From Mytilus trossulus (taxonomy: Eukaryota), in the NCBI RefSeq assembly GCF_036588685.1, contig NC_086373.1:76260001-76324000 (forward strand): DNA of 64,000 nt. Direction: 5' to 3'. Shown in pieces: positions 50,197 through 62,463 of this stretch (within the stretch, counting starts at the first letter, position 1; every line of letters starts with the position of its first letter). Under the pieces are notes generated by a model. That model ran no database searches, was not told the DNA's origin, and saw only the letters and a list, made by a program, of their open reading frames with translations. The position numbers and the translations under genes are program-made.

Positions 50197-52195
50197 TTAT
50201 TCCAAAAAACCAAAAGAGCTTTTTAACTCTTCATCGAATGGCATAAATCCTGTGCAAACATTTGAATTACAGTAACATGTTGTGCCTCTTTTCTGGTCTG
50301 GCCTTAACGTCCCATAAACAAATGATAGCTCTTCAAGAGGTTCAATGTCTCTATTTGCAAATAAGCAAACTTTTGGAACCATAGTGTCTACTCTAATGGG
50401 AACCATTGATAAATTAGGAGAACAACTGTGATTTATATATCTCCCAATATTTCCTAACTTATCTGGATCAACATAGGTTTTAAGTATGCCAGTTTTACAA
50501 TGCTCCTTTACAGTGAGTATATAATTCATGTCCGTATCTTTCTGTTTGATACATCTGCTTTGTGCCTCTTGTAAGGATATAATTTCTCCTGCATATTCAC
50601 ATACAAACGTTCCTCTTTGTATGTTCTCCACAGTCTGAAGACCAAGACCTTTCTTGCCCGTATTGAATATTTGTAATTGTACACTGATACCGTGCTGGAC
50701 TACCCTGTTTTGACACTGCGAAGGACATGCACAGTTAGAATTGCATTCAAATACAGGTGTTACACTGGACCCCAAAAGGCTAACGTCTATTTTCTTGTCA
50801 GTGTATGCATTTCCATAGCGAGCAGTACATGTACAGTCTCTATCACAAGCTAGGCATTGACAGCCGAGAAGTTTCTCTTCAAAATCATCCATTTCACATC
50901 CTGGACCAGGAATGTTTTGTGTGACATACTAAAATGAAAATTCACAAGATAAGAAAGTATAAGCAACAATGTCAGGTTAATGGTATTGTTAAAAAAAAAA
51001 AGAATGCCGAATCCTTGTTAATATACTAAAATATGAATAACTGACCTGATATAAAAATTATTTGGTCACCAAAAAAGTAAACATTATTCTTTAATTATTA
51101 TATGTGTTTCGTAAAAATAAAATAAAGATCTAGCTCAATACATATGTCTACCATAGACAGACGTTATTAACCAATTGCTCCTGAATTTTGAGAGACACGT
51201 ATTTGGGATTTTATAATATGGTATGAATCGTACTATGATTAAAACAATACTTCGATGTCAGTCGGAGAGATGTCGAGTTGGGATTCATAACCCACTGGCT
51301 CACGTGGTTAGACTCGACAGGAGTACATAACATCCTACCGGTACCCGGATACATTTTCAGACTCTAATTGTAAAAAAAAAAAGATGTGGTTGGATTGCCA
51401 AAGAGACAACTCTTCAAAAGAGACCAAATGAAACAGAAATTAATAACATAGGTCACCGTATGGTCTTCAACAATGAACAAAGACCATACCACAAAGTCAG
51501 CCATAAAAGACCCCGAAAATGACGAATGTAAATCAATCCAAAAGACAAAACTAACGGCCTAATTTTTTTACGACAAAAAATGAACGAAAAACAAAAAGTT
51601 TTGGATCCGCTACTGGTGTCGTTACACAGGAACTCGTCTTAGAAAAAAAATCCTATTTACCATTTTTACCTTTATAAAATGGTATATAGGAAATTGTTTT
51701 CTGAGACGAGTGCCTCAGGCTCATGTTACATTTACGCTCTATTAGCAAGTTTGCAAACATGCAGTCTTATACACAATGAAATAATTGTGTGACAATCTTT
51801 TGACATGTTTTGACAAAAATTACAATAAGGATATTATTTGACAATGTCGCTAAGGTAATTATTTTTCTAATTGTGTCTGGTGAGGAATCAAAAATTCAAG
51901 AAAGTAACACGATGGCAGCATCTGTCATCATCTATTGATCCTGGGTCTACTATAACACACTGTTATAGTAGTCATAGTAGATCACACAATACAAAATAAA
52001 AATACTAATCAAGTCCGAAATGTTATACGTAGTGTACATAAAATCAACACTTTATAGATATACTGATTTCCGACACCAAATAAGAACCTCGGACCATACC
52101 TTCGATTTCTTCAGCTTGAAGATAAGAACTTTGTCATTGCTGAATATTGCTTTGTTTTCAAGTCCTTCAGTCCAGTCAAACTTGTTAATATCCAT
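50197..52195 (-). CDS. SETMAR: SETMAR-like histone-lysine N-methyltransferase (pre-SET/SET/post-SET only, ~275 aa)
   Basis: Exon 1 52195-52100 (MDINKFDWTEGLEN...KSK|GT) and exon 2 50928-50197 (YVTQNIPGPGC...). Motifs: pre-SET cysteines, PVFECN..C.C...CQNRVVQ, FVCEYAGE, GNIGRYINHSCSPN and post-SET CYCNSNVC. No mariner transposase follows the stop. Confidence 0.88.
51628..51715. mobile_element. ~88-bp imperfect palindromic mini-element in the SETMAR-like intron
   Basis: AGGAACTCGTCTTAGAAAA...TCCTATTTACCATTTT / AAAATGGTATATAGGA...TTTTCTGAGACGAGTGCCT. Confidence 0.6.
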
Positions 52196-52328
52196 ATTTT
52201 AATTTTCCGGAAGTCACTATTCTAAATGGTGGTTCGTATTCGGATACACTTATCAAAAACCGCGTTTTTAGTCGAGAAACTACTTAGGTGAGCAAAGAAA
52301 AATATTGCCAAACCGTATTAAAGAAAAA

Positions 52329-52490
52329 CAGTGGCGGATCCAGGAATTTTCATAAGTGGGGGCCCACTGACTGACCTAAGAGGGGCCCCACTTCAGTCAC
52401 GCTTTAGTGATTCCCTATATAAGCAACAAAAAAAATTCCCAAAAAGGGGGGGGGGGCGGGCCCCCGCCCCCCCCCTTAATCCGCCTATGA
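52329..52490. mobile_element. Small MITE (CAGTGGCGGATCC termini); related copy at ~63728-63872
   Basis: CAGTGGCGGATCC ... AATCCGCCTATG with GC-rich G/C runs. Confidence 0.6.
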
Positions 52491-53336
52491 AAAAGCACTG
52501 TTAAACTGAACCCCAATATAGAACTTTGAAATGCTCCTCTTTATACTTATAGACGGATGATTTTTCTCATGATATTTTCCTGAAATCTTGCTAATGGAAA
52601 AATCAAACAAAATTAAAATGACAAACTTTATCACTTTAATTTTTAATGTATACCATATTCCTATAAGTTGTAGATACAGTTTGTCCCAGTGTGTTGCGTT
52701 TACGTATCTCAGATTAATCACATCATATTTCAATGATTGCTACTTTTTTTTACAATTATTTTCCTTGACTCAGAAGATTATACATGCTATAGTGTATTAA
52801 ACTTTTTTATGATCATATATATCAACAGAAGTATACCTTCTCTATAATTGGTTAAGAGGGAGCATAGCTTGGATTACTGCTTCACTATTTCTCCTATCAT
52901 GTCGACATGACAGTCATGAGTGCTGTTACTGGATGCTGGATAAGACGCGGAGTCCCCATCTCTGATTTATGTGACCATTATTCGGTGCTTTCATTCTTAT
53001 GTTTGTCGGTTTATACCTGGACTTGTGATCATTTGATCTGTATACCACATCCATTTTTGCTTTGAAATAAAAATTTTGAGTCAGCATCCGGGTGAAGTTA
53101 TTTTTTATCAACAATGAAGTGCTGGTTTTATATTGGATTAAAAAAAAAAAGTAAAAGCAATTGTTCTGATAAGATGTAATTTTATTTTACATTGAAGCAC
53201 TAATAAATATGATAGCGGTTATATACAAAAATATACAATTATTAATAGAAGTACATGTACATTTTGAAATGCAGTTCTTAATTCTTAATGTTTTATGTTG
53301 GCACTTGGTTGGTATTGCATCTCTGTTTTAATTTCC

Positions 53337-54757
53337 TCAGCACATGATTTCTCTATCGTCTTCTATGTCCAGCTGTGGCATGTCCAAATGTGGCATGTCC
53401 AACTGAGGTGACCGGTATAACATTGGTGTCCTTGATCTTGGAGTTTGCATGACTTTCTGTAGTTGCTGGGGAACATTCCTGAAAAACTGCGAAATCGGAG
53501 ATCGAGAGGTGGGTTTAACCATGGCAACAGGTTTGTTTTTAGTTGTCGATGGAGGAAAATTCCATTGCCTCTGTTCTGATTGGGTTTTGGCTGTACAACA
53601 CTTCTCGTCGACTTTGCTCACCACGATATCTGGAAGAGGTCTCCTTTCTGGTAAAATGACGTCACTGCTCCCGCTACTTTGTCTATGGCGGGGTGAAAAC
53701 AAACCACTCTTCCTTCTTTTATCTGGTGAAATTCCTAAGTCGATGACATGAACAAGAGATCGTCTTCCTGTCTTCTTTTTTGGAGTTAGTTTAGGCGATT
53801 CTGTCAACACACTGTCATCTAACGTTTTCAGTGGCCGATTCTTTTTTGTAACACTTTGGAGATACAAATGATTAGGAATTTCCATCTCTTTCCAAAAACT
53901 TGACACTTCTTCAGCAAGATCTTGTGGAATTTTGAACAAATTGTTTCCAGATTCAATCATAAATGCAACCAGGTGACAAAATGTCTTAGTAGTTGTTTGC
54001 AGTTCAGTACCGCTAGACGATTTATTGCAGAGAAAATGAGGAGTAAATATAATAGCCAGTGAATCCGCTGTCATGAGATTTTCCGGTGTTTTTGACGTAC
54101 GATGTAGCAGTGTAATCAATGGTCTCAGTAAGCAATAGTTGTCGCTTGGCATCAGTAACATCAGCAGTTGTAGAGCTTTTAAAGTTGTTGGTTTGGTTTT
54201 ATCTTCGGTTGTCAGTAGTGATGCTAATCTAGTATACACATTATGGAATCTGTTTGTTAGTAGAGGTTCACGGAGGTCTCGTATGAAGTTCTTTAGCACG
54301 TTAGCTCCATCATGGGACGAAATAAGTTCCAAATCAATCATGGAACACTCCAGGAGTTGTTTTCTAACAGTTTTCTGGCGGCTTATGTTACCTGTTTTAC
54401 GGAACAGTCCTTCATCTTTGATGTTGTAGCTTTTTCCAATGAATTCCATCAAGACTGTGAGAGCAGAAATGGAATCTGGTGTCAGCTGTGTAAATTCTTT
54501 CTTTTTAATAGACTTTCTGTAGAATGAGAGTCCGGAGCTTTTGCGTTTGAGAGTAACCTTCTCGGGAGTCTTTCTGTTCACTTGCGAGTCTATTTCTTGT
54601 GTTGGCATAGTGACTGTTTTACCAAGACTACTAAGCACCATTTCTTCGAATTTGTTGGGCATGCTATTTTTTAATCTGAAGACATTCCGTTCTGCCTGTT
54701 GCTGGCATCTGTTACGTCTTAGTGAGGATGTAGACATTGTTTGTCGTCTTTTAATCG
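53337..54757 (-). CDS. ARHGAP19-like Rho GTPase-activating protein, copy 1 (single large coding exon)
   Basis: Uninterrupted ORF 53337-54797 with RhoGAP motifs EGLFRKTGN (Arg finger), ANVLKNFIRDLREPLLT and NLMTADSLAIIFTP. Likely acceptor CAG at 54760-54758, first in-exon Met at 54737. ARHGAP19 affinity is from recalled similarity of the N-terminal RL...P..F.E.V segment. Confidence 0.85.
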
Positions 54758-55938
54758 CTGTGAATGTGTAAGAATAATTGAAGTATGAATAACTCATTTA
54801 ATCTTCGATTTTTATATGCTAGAAATTTTACTCTATTATGACATGACTCGTTGTGGTGGACGTATTGAGGGATAGTTGAGATGAGCTGTCATTAAGTTAT
54901 GGAGTCATTAATGAGGTGGTCTATTTTTGTTTTGATAATTTACTCTGTTACCTATTTCATGCATATACCAAAAAGAAATTAAAGACTTTACAGAAAAATT
55001 TGTAAGTAAATATATATATGGTTTTAAATTAGATAAATGCATGAATGTTAAGATGAAATATTTTACATTCTATCAAAAAAAATTAAGTAAACAGCTTTTA
55101 CTTCCTATGTTTTGTTCAATAAATTACAATTTAAAATGTTTTATATTATTCCAGTAAATATTTTCGACATCTTCAATCTATTGTTATATAAAATTACCTG
55201 AATGTTTTTTAGCTTTAAAACTTCTGTATTTATTTATTTCTCTTGACAATTCCATTTTTCTTTTCTTTTTGTTATTTAGTAAACTCAGAAGGTGGAAGCT
55301 TGTTTGAATGAATCTCAGAACTTCATGCTTTTATATAAAGTTAGTGTAGAAATACTTCATTTTATCAGATTCAAAATAATAATTAATTCCTAAAGTCTAT
55401 TAATTATTTTTCTATTTTAATTCAAAAAAGATGAATATCTAATCATTCAGTAGTAACTTGGGGCAAAGTTTAAGGATCAATTAATTAATGAAGATTAAGA
55501 ATAATTAATTAAACAATATTTTTATTTCACACCCTTTTAATAACTCGCACCTCTGGTATTAGCGCGTGCTTTTTCCACACCTTGACAGATATTGGTATTA
55601 TAGCTGTTAGCAATACACACTTCTGCTAAAGACAGCAAGTGCATCTTTTCATAAACAAATAACAATTCATTTAACGATGAAACGTCACAACGCATACATA
55701 AAAGGCTTGTCATACATAAAAAAAAATTGGAATGTGATCTTGAGAAATAAAAATTGCCTCCCCATCCTATTAATGCATCTTTGATAAGGTTTCAAGTAAC
55801 GGTATAAATATCTATATTTATATATGTTAAGAACGAAAGGTTCCAAACGACGATATCTTTTCTCATATTAAACTAAAGCTTCCATCACAATTTTGAGATT
55901 TTATTTTGTATTTCAACATCGACAGTATATGGGTACAG

Positions 55939-55972
55939 CAGAGGCATAATACAATTGTATTATATGTCTCTG
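55939..55972. mobile_element. 34-bp member of the same palindrome family, decayed TSD
   Basis: GGTACAG|CAGAGGCATAATACAATTGTATTATATGTCTCTG|GGTATGC. Confidence 0.65.
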
Positions 55973-56113
55973 GGTATGCCTTCTTATAAATAATGACTAG
56001 TTTCAAAAACCTTTCAAACTCTAAGTCATTTATTTTTCAGAGCCATATATTTACTGCATATATATCTAAGATTTTTCTGTACGTATACCGCATCGTTGCA
56101 ATCTTTCGTTTCT

Positions 56114-56382
56114 ATGAAGTCGAAATATCGACATATTATTCTTGCGAACTGTAGTCTCTTTCTCCAATAACAAAGTATATTTGGGTTTCACTAACAATGT
56201 ATAACTTTAGGTTTATTCATTCTGATAGCAAAACTGTAGCAAACAAATGAAGTCGAAATATCGACATATTATTCTTGCGAACTGTAGTCTCTTTCTCCAA
56301 TTACAAAGTCTATTTGGGTTTCACTAACAATGTATAACTTTAGGTTTATTCATTCTGATAGCAAAACTGTAGCAAACAAATG
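56114..56382. repeat. 133-bp tandem duplication (2 copies, 2 differences)
   Basis: ATGAAGTCGAAATATCGAC... starts at 56114 and at 56247. Confidence 0.92.
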
Positions 56383-56621
56383 GATGTTCTTAACATCTTG
56401 TACTTAGTTTACAAAATATCTTTTGGTCCTAACTTACAGACGATTGGATCAATTTTTCAACTAAAATTGAAATAGATGTGAAGAGAAAAATCTTCATTCG
56501 GGTCACCCACTACTCATATGTCTTGTGTATCAGTATTGGGATCTAGTGCAAATAAAAGTTTTGTATTTTATTCTTAACAAGTATATTGAATTCTTATAGT
56601 GGATTGTCATTCGTGTATTGT

Positions 56622-56654
56622 CAGAGACATATAATATTTTATTTTATGTCTCTG
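56622..56654. mobile_element. 33-bp member of the same palindrome family with 7-bp TSD
   Basis: GTATTGT|CAGAGACATATAATATTTTATTTTATGTCTCTG|GTATTGT. Confidence 0.75.
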
Positions 56655-56872
56655 GTATTGTGAACTTTATAAATAATGTATCATGTTGCCATCGTTATCA
56701 AAATTAAGAATGAAATTAGTATGTATTCAGAGTAATACTATATTATATAAGGTCTTTATAAAACAAGGAATTGGACCTTCAAATTTTTTTTTAACAATTA
56801 TCTTCAAAATAAATAATTTCATATTTTTCACCACATAAAAAGTTATAAATGGTACCAAAATTATAATTTAAT

Positions 56873-56917
56873 ACGCCACATGCGCGTTTCGTCTACTGAA
56901 AGACTCATCAGTGACGC
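56873..56917 (-). ncRNA. Minimal type I hammerhead motif, cleavage triplet mutated
   Basis: Minus strand: GCGTCA-CTGATGA-GTCT TTCAGT AGAC-GAAAC-GCGC-ATG-TGGCGT. Confidence 0.65.
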
Positions 56918-59487
56918 TCATATCGAAATAGTTATAATAAAATGATGTGTATCTAATCCTCAATTATTTCTACCAATTTCACTTGTTTATTTGTATATAC
57001 AAACTTATTATTTTAAGGCTGCCGTGTCATAAAATTACAATTAACATGACTATGGGACCCCGTCCCTTTTTCACCTAACACTAATATAGGTGTCATAATC
57101 GTCCCCGAACCTGTTAAATGTGATTGTTCATGTCCCGCAAGGGTGTGAAATCTGATAACGGGGTTGACACGTGAAAAGACCACTATATTTATTAGTGTAT
57201 TATCATTATACCCCATCTCTGTTGATTGGGACAATGACAGAAATCTATTCACTTCATTATACATAATTAATCATAACAGTATAAAAAGAAATCGCATTAA
57301 ACAAAAAAATCATAAACTCTTGTTTTGTGAATGAAGACAACATCTTCTATATATTGTCATTATGGATTATAAAGATATTCAAGCTATGAAGTACAGAAGT
57401 TTTAGAGTTACAAGAAATACAGGTATAAATTCTTCTAAACTTTAAAAAATTAAAACAGAAACAATTTTTATTTATTAATATACGCAATATCATCATCAGT
57501 TTTCCATATTTATTGTTACATCCGAATTTACTTTACCAAAATATGTGTTTTATTCGTTCACTTCTGTCATAGATGTTGGGTTTTTTAATAAGAACGTTTA
57601 TATTTGGATTTTTCCGTAAATATTATAAATAGTCTTACTTTTTGTGTTTGCCTTATAATAAAATATTACAATTTTCAATTCACTTCAATATTTTAACATC
57701 TAAAATATATTGGAGGATTTGGATATTATTCTCTTATTCATGATCATTCATCAAATATGCATACATATATATATAATCAAAGTAAATTTATGCATTTCGA
57801 AACATACACTTTCATTTATAATCTATAGAATTTATTTGAATAACAGTTGAGTAGTAAGAGAACCTTTTTTTTCAAGTTGATTTTAAAACATTCCGATCTC
57901 GCACATTTTTTATTTTTATATAAATAGTTTTTACTATGATGTCATCAATTAAATTATCGACCCCCCCCCCCCCCCCCAAAAAAAAAAAATATGAAAAAGA
58001 AGTTTTTCTAAATAACGAATACAAAATGTTTTAAAAAGTTATGAAAACAAGAAATTAAACGTTTGTATCTTTGGTGCGAAAATGCATTAAATATAAAATA
58101 ACTGCAAGTAAAATATTATATTAAACTTTTGAGACAAAATAATATTTTATTTTCAGTTCATTTGAATGCTGTCTACATCATATTATAGTTAATTGACTAA
58201 AACACTCTATATTTACTTAATGTAATTTAGTTTAACACTTGAAGGTATGGGGTCATTACAAACACACGAGAACTGTTAACCCCTCCCGGTCACGGACATG
58301 ACATTTTGACACTCATTATTATATATCATATTTCATGTTTAACTTTTTATTATCATATGAAATTTTAACAAGGAAGGATTATAACTTATTGGGATGTTTT
58401 CAAACCGGTCTTCATGTAAGTCCTCATATTTACCATATATATCCATGTACTGAGGTTATTAAATTGTTCATTTTATTAATAAGACAATAGTTTCCAAAAT
58501 GAATGAAAAAAATGAATTATAACAGTATAATTTCGTATTATCGATCCAGAATTTTCAGTAAAACATTTATATGAAATTCATTGATTTTATAAAAGCATTT
58601 GTCATCGAGAAGAAATCTTCTATTTTGTCAACAAATATTAAACACAAACCAATAAGTTTATGATGACTGTGCAAATGCCTTCCTTTAAATACCGTATGGA
58701 CTGACTCTCCCTTTATCAATGAACAAATATTGTCTAATATCATGGAAGTATTATATTCACAGGAACTTATATATATGTTATCAATAAAAATTATATAATT
58801 TTGTATGTATTTCACGTAACCAAGGAGTTCATATAACCTCCTTTACGTAACTTTGATATGCTCGCAATAATTTCTATGATTAGGAAAATAAGGACATTAA
58901 TATATTAAGATAATTAGTATTAGTGTGCGGATATTCAAGAATCAGAGTCCAAATACACTTTGAATATCAAAAAGCGATAGAGCAATTGCATGATTTAACA
59001 TTTGCTACAATAACCCAGTCACATATCGTTGGAACCCTCCAAATAAAAAGCCACTAAGCAACGCACTACCCTTATAAAAATTGAGAATTCAAAGTTATAT
59101 TTTAACTGGGACTATATACTAACTAGTATACTAGTCCCAGATTTCAAACTAAAGATAATGAATGAAGCAAGTTAAAAGTGCATTTTGGGTAACATCAAAG
59201 CACCGAACTCCGTTAAACATAATTGTCAGCTTATGATATATATCTTAATTTACAAAGACCGATATGAATAATTCATCCATACCAATAACACTGAAAGAGT
59301 ATCACGTATATAATACATATATAAGGAGATTATTTTACATTAATGAGACAGCATCTCATCAAGACATAAAACAATTTGTTGTTTCAATCATTTATGGCTC
59401 ATGATTCTATAATATATTAGCTTTATTGTGGATCTTTATTGAATCTTTAGTACTAGTTATTATATTTTTATATTACATTTCTTTCAG

Positions 59488-60842
59488 GGTCTCCAGCACA
59501 GTCCGCCAGTAGACTAACACTTCCTGCAAATAGAAGAACCCGTTTTCAACCATCAGAAAAGCACGTTTGTCGACTTCAGAACTGCATGCCTCTGAAGTTT
59601 AAAGAGTTCGTAAAGTCACACTTATCAACAATCCTTGAAATACCACAAGATGACTTTGAGACATTGATGATATTACCTGCTGCACCAGTTCCACAACACA
59701 AGACGCCTCTGTCGTTTAGTAAGAGAAAAGCTCAGAAAAAGTCCATGTTTGGCTCCGACCTTTCACCAGAGAATATTGCATCAGTGCTTCAGTTGATCAA
59801 CTACCTATCCCAAGATGACGTCATATCAACAGAAGGTATATTCCGTAAAACAGGCAACATATGCAGACAGAAACAGTTGAAATCAAAGCTAGACTCAGCA
59901 ACACTTACCGAGAAATACCTGTCTTCGTTATCTCCACACGACAGTGCCAACGTCCTCAAACGCTACATTCACAATCTACCAGAACCTCTTCTAACTCAAA
60001 AGTTCTTCAATGTATATGTTCAGATTACCAACATCACCAAGTCAACAAAAGAAGAAACAAAGTCTGCCAAGATCCAAGCTATGCAACTTGTTCTCCATCT
60101 TTTACCATCCGACAACCTCAACTTATTGAAGCCATTGATGACACTCCTCAACAAAGCCGCATCCATCTCTAGTAACCTGATGACAGCTTATTCTTTAGGT
60201 ATTTTATTCGCACCTCATCTCCTCTGTGATCGTCATTCGTCAGCTGACAACCTTCACTCTGTTCTACCGAAAGTTTCCGATTTGGTTTCCATAATGATAG
60301 AGAATGGTCCACAGATATTCAGCATACCAAAAGACTTGTCTCGATCCGTAGCTAACTTCTGGCGAGAGATGGAGGTACCAAACCAGCTTTATTACAGAAC
60401 AGTTCAAGAAACTACAGACTTAGCTGTTACAGACCGTACGTCACCGAAAGTTCACGTCGTAGACCTCTGTGACAAGCCAAAAGCCACCAGTACACTCACA
60501 GTGCCCTTTACACCTCCAACACAATCACGTAAGAGACTTAGTAGTGACACAAGTGATGGTATCCCAGAGAAGAGACCTACACCAGAGATGTTCCTTTCAC
60601 CAGTATGTAATGTACTCGACTTTAAGCCGAAACTCAGTAAGCAGACTAATTCCATCATCTTCAGTACAGCACCTGGGTCTTCCTCCAAGAAACCAGTAGC
60701 ACGTGTAAAACCAATTCAACATTCACCCATATCACAGTTCTTCAAGAGTGTGCCACTAAAGCTTCAGCGGGTTATGTCAACACCGAGATCTCGTGCTCCG
60801 ATGGCTTTGTTCCAGTCACCTAGTTATAGTGTGAAGTTTTAA
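59488..60842 (+). CDS. ARHGAP19-like Rho GTPase-activating protein, copy 2 (single large coding exon)
   Basis: The frame is open from acceptor TTTCAG|59488 through Met 59586 to the stop at 60842. Motifs EGIFRKTGN, ANVLKRYIHNLPEPLLT and NLMTAYSLGILFAP. Similarity to copy 1 extends upstream of Met 59586, so an upstream exon is likely (not located). Confidence 0.85.
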
Positions 60843-62238
60843 GACATTGATGAAAACACTATAAATTATTATGTGCAGATATTGTTATGTTTTACAGAGT
60901 AATATATTGTTGTTATTAATTTATTAAACTATGAAAACGAAAGACATTATTATTTGTTCTGGTATTTTCATGCATACATTTGAACTTTTATAGTCGTTTC
61001 AAAATATACACTTTCAGGTCAAACGATGTAAAAGTTATTAACTATACAGAAGGCCAACATACAACCTTTAACATAACATGAATACCTCATTTCAAGCTCT
61101 AATAAAAGTGACAACTGTAAATCTATTCATAAAAAAAGCAGCGACCCAATGTTCATAAACGAAACAAATCAAAAAGCTAAAAACAAAAAAAAAACGACAA
61201 ACAATGAATTAGTGGCTTCTGACTTAGGACATGCACATACAAATGTGACGGGGTTAAACATGTTTGCCAGCGCCCAACACCCCCTAACCTAGTATGGGTG
61301 GTGTTACAGCATAACATAAGAACAAACTATATGTTCATTAAAACTGTATTTTTTCTCTCAAAAAGACAATGATTCAAACATGACTTATACAGAAGTAGCA
61401 AATTAGTATGGCAAGTCGTTCTCGTCAAAACTATATGGATTTTGATATAAACATAAGGAGATGTGATATGATTGCCAATGAGACAACTATCATTTATATT
61501 AGTTAGAACACTTCTGGAAGGAGTAATGACCTTATTAGACAAATTTTACACATTTTTTGTCTATAATTTAAAAAAACAAAACTGGAAGTGATACAGTAGA
61601 GATCGAAACACTGAATCCATTAAAATGACCAGCATTCCACATACACAAAACCAAAAAAGGTATTTTAGTACACCAAAAGCATTAGAAATGACAAAAGAAA
61701 TGCACTTCTGAAAATAGAAGGAATCTAGAAACCGATACTTCTGAAAAAGCAGACATTCTAAACCAACAAATACATTAAGTACTCAATAATAAACCATCGT
61801 ATTCTTCATAAAGGCCTAATTCCATACAAAAATATGCCAGAAATAAAAATCACATGATCAAGGATGCGTGGCTTATGAACTTCAAATCTGATATATGCAA
61901 TGTTCTTACCATCACATAGAAAAAGTAACAATTCAAACAAGGTTATATCCTTAATAAACATACTCTAAAATCAGTAAAACCTGCAAAATTACTTCATATA
62001 ACCTTAGAGTCAAATTTAAAATGAAACAATTACTACAACTGTATGGTATAAAGTACATACAAATCTCCCTTTGCTTTCTGAAGAGCAACTTTAAAATACC
62101 AAACACCAACATCAATTCCCTGATAATAATTCTAGAAAACACCAATCCGGCACAAAAAGTAACAACTCTTTACTGACATCGATAGCATTAATATGTACCA
62201 TGAAATAACATGCTAACAAGATTGCAGAAAACTACAGA

Positions 62239-62463
62239 CATATATGAGGGTTTGGATGGGGTTAAATGATTAAAGAATAATGCCCTTAAAAAATGAAGAT
62301 TAGAGAATAATGAGCCAAAAAATAGAAGATTAGAGAATAAAAGGGTTAATTTTTGGAAGATTAGAGAAAAAAGGGGTTAATTTTTTAAAGATTAGAGAAA
62401 AATGGGGTGAAAATTAAATGTTTACAGAATAACAGACCCCCCCATCCAGATCCTCATATATGT
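62239..62463. mobile_element. MITE with ~23-bp TIRs and internal GAAGATTAGAGAA repeats
   Basis: CATATATGAGGGTTTGGATGGGG / CCCCATCCAGATCCTCATATATG. Confidence 0.65.

Noticed and set aside
53449-54771. Plus-strand ORFs overlapping RhoGAP copy 1 (and alternative-frame ORFs in copy 2)
   Set aside because: Antisense or shifted-frame shadows of real coding sequence, with no recognisable motifs.
59106-59140. Short hairpin CTGGGACTA...TAGTCCCAG (and CTACTATAACA-CAC-TGTTATAGTAG at ~51946)
   Set aside because: No TSD or second copy in the window, so I cannot assign it to the footprint class.
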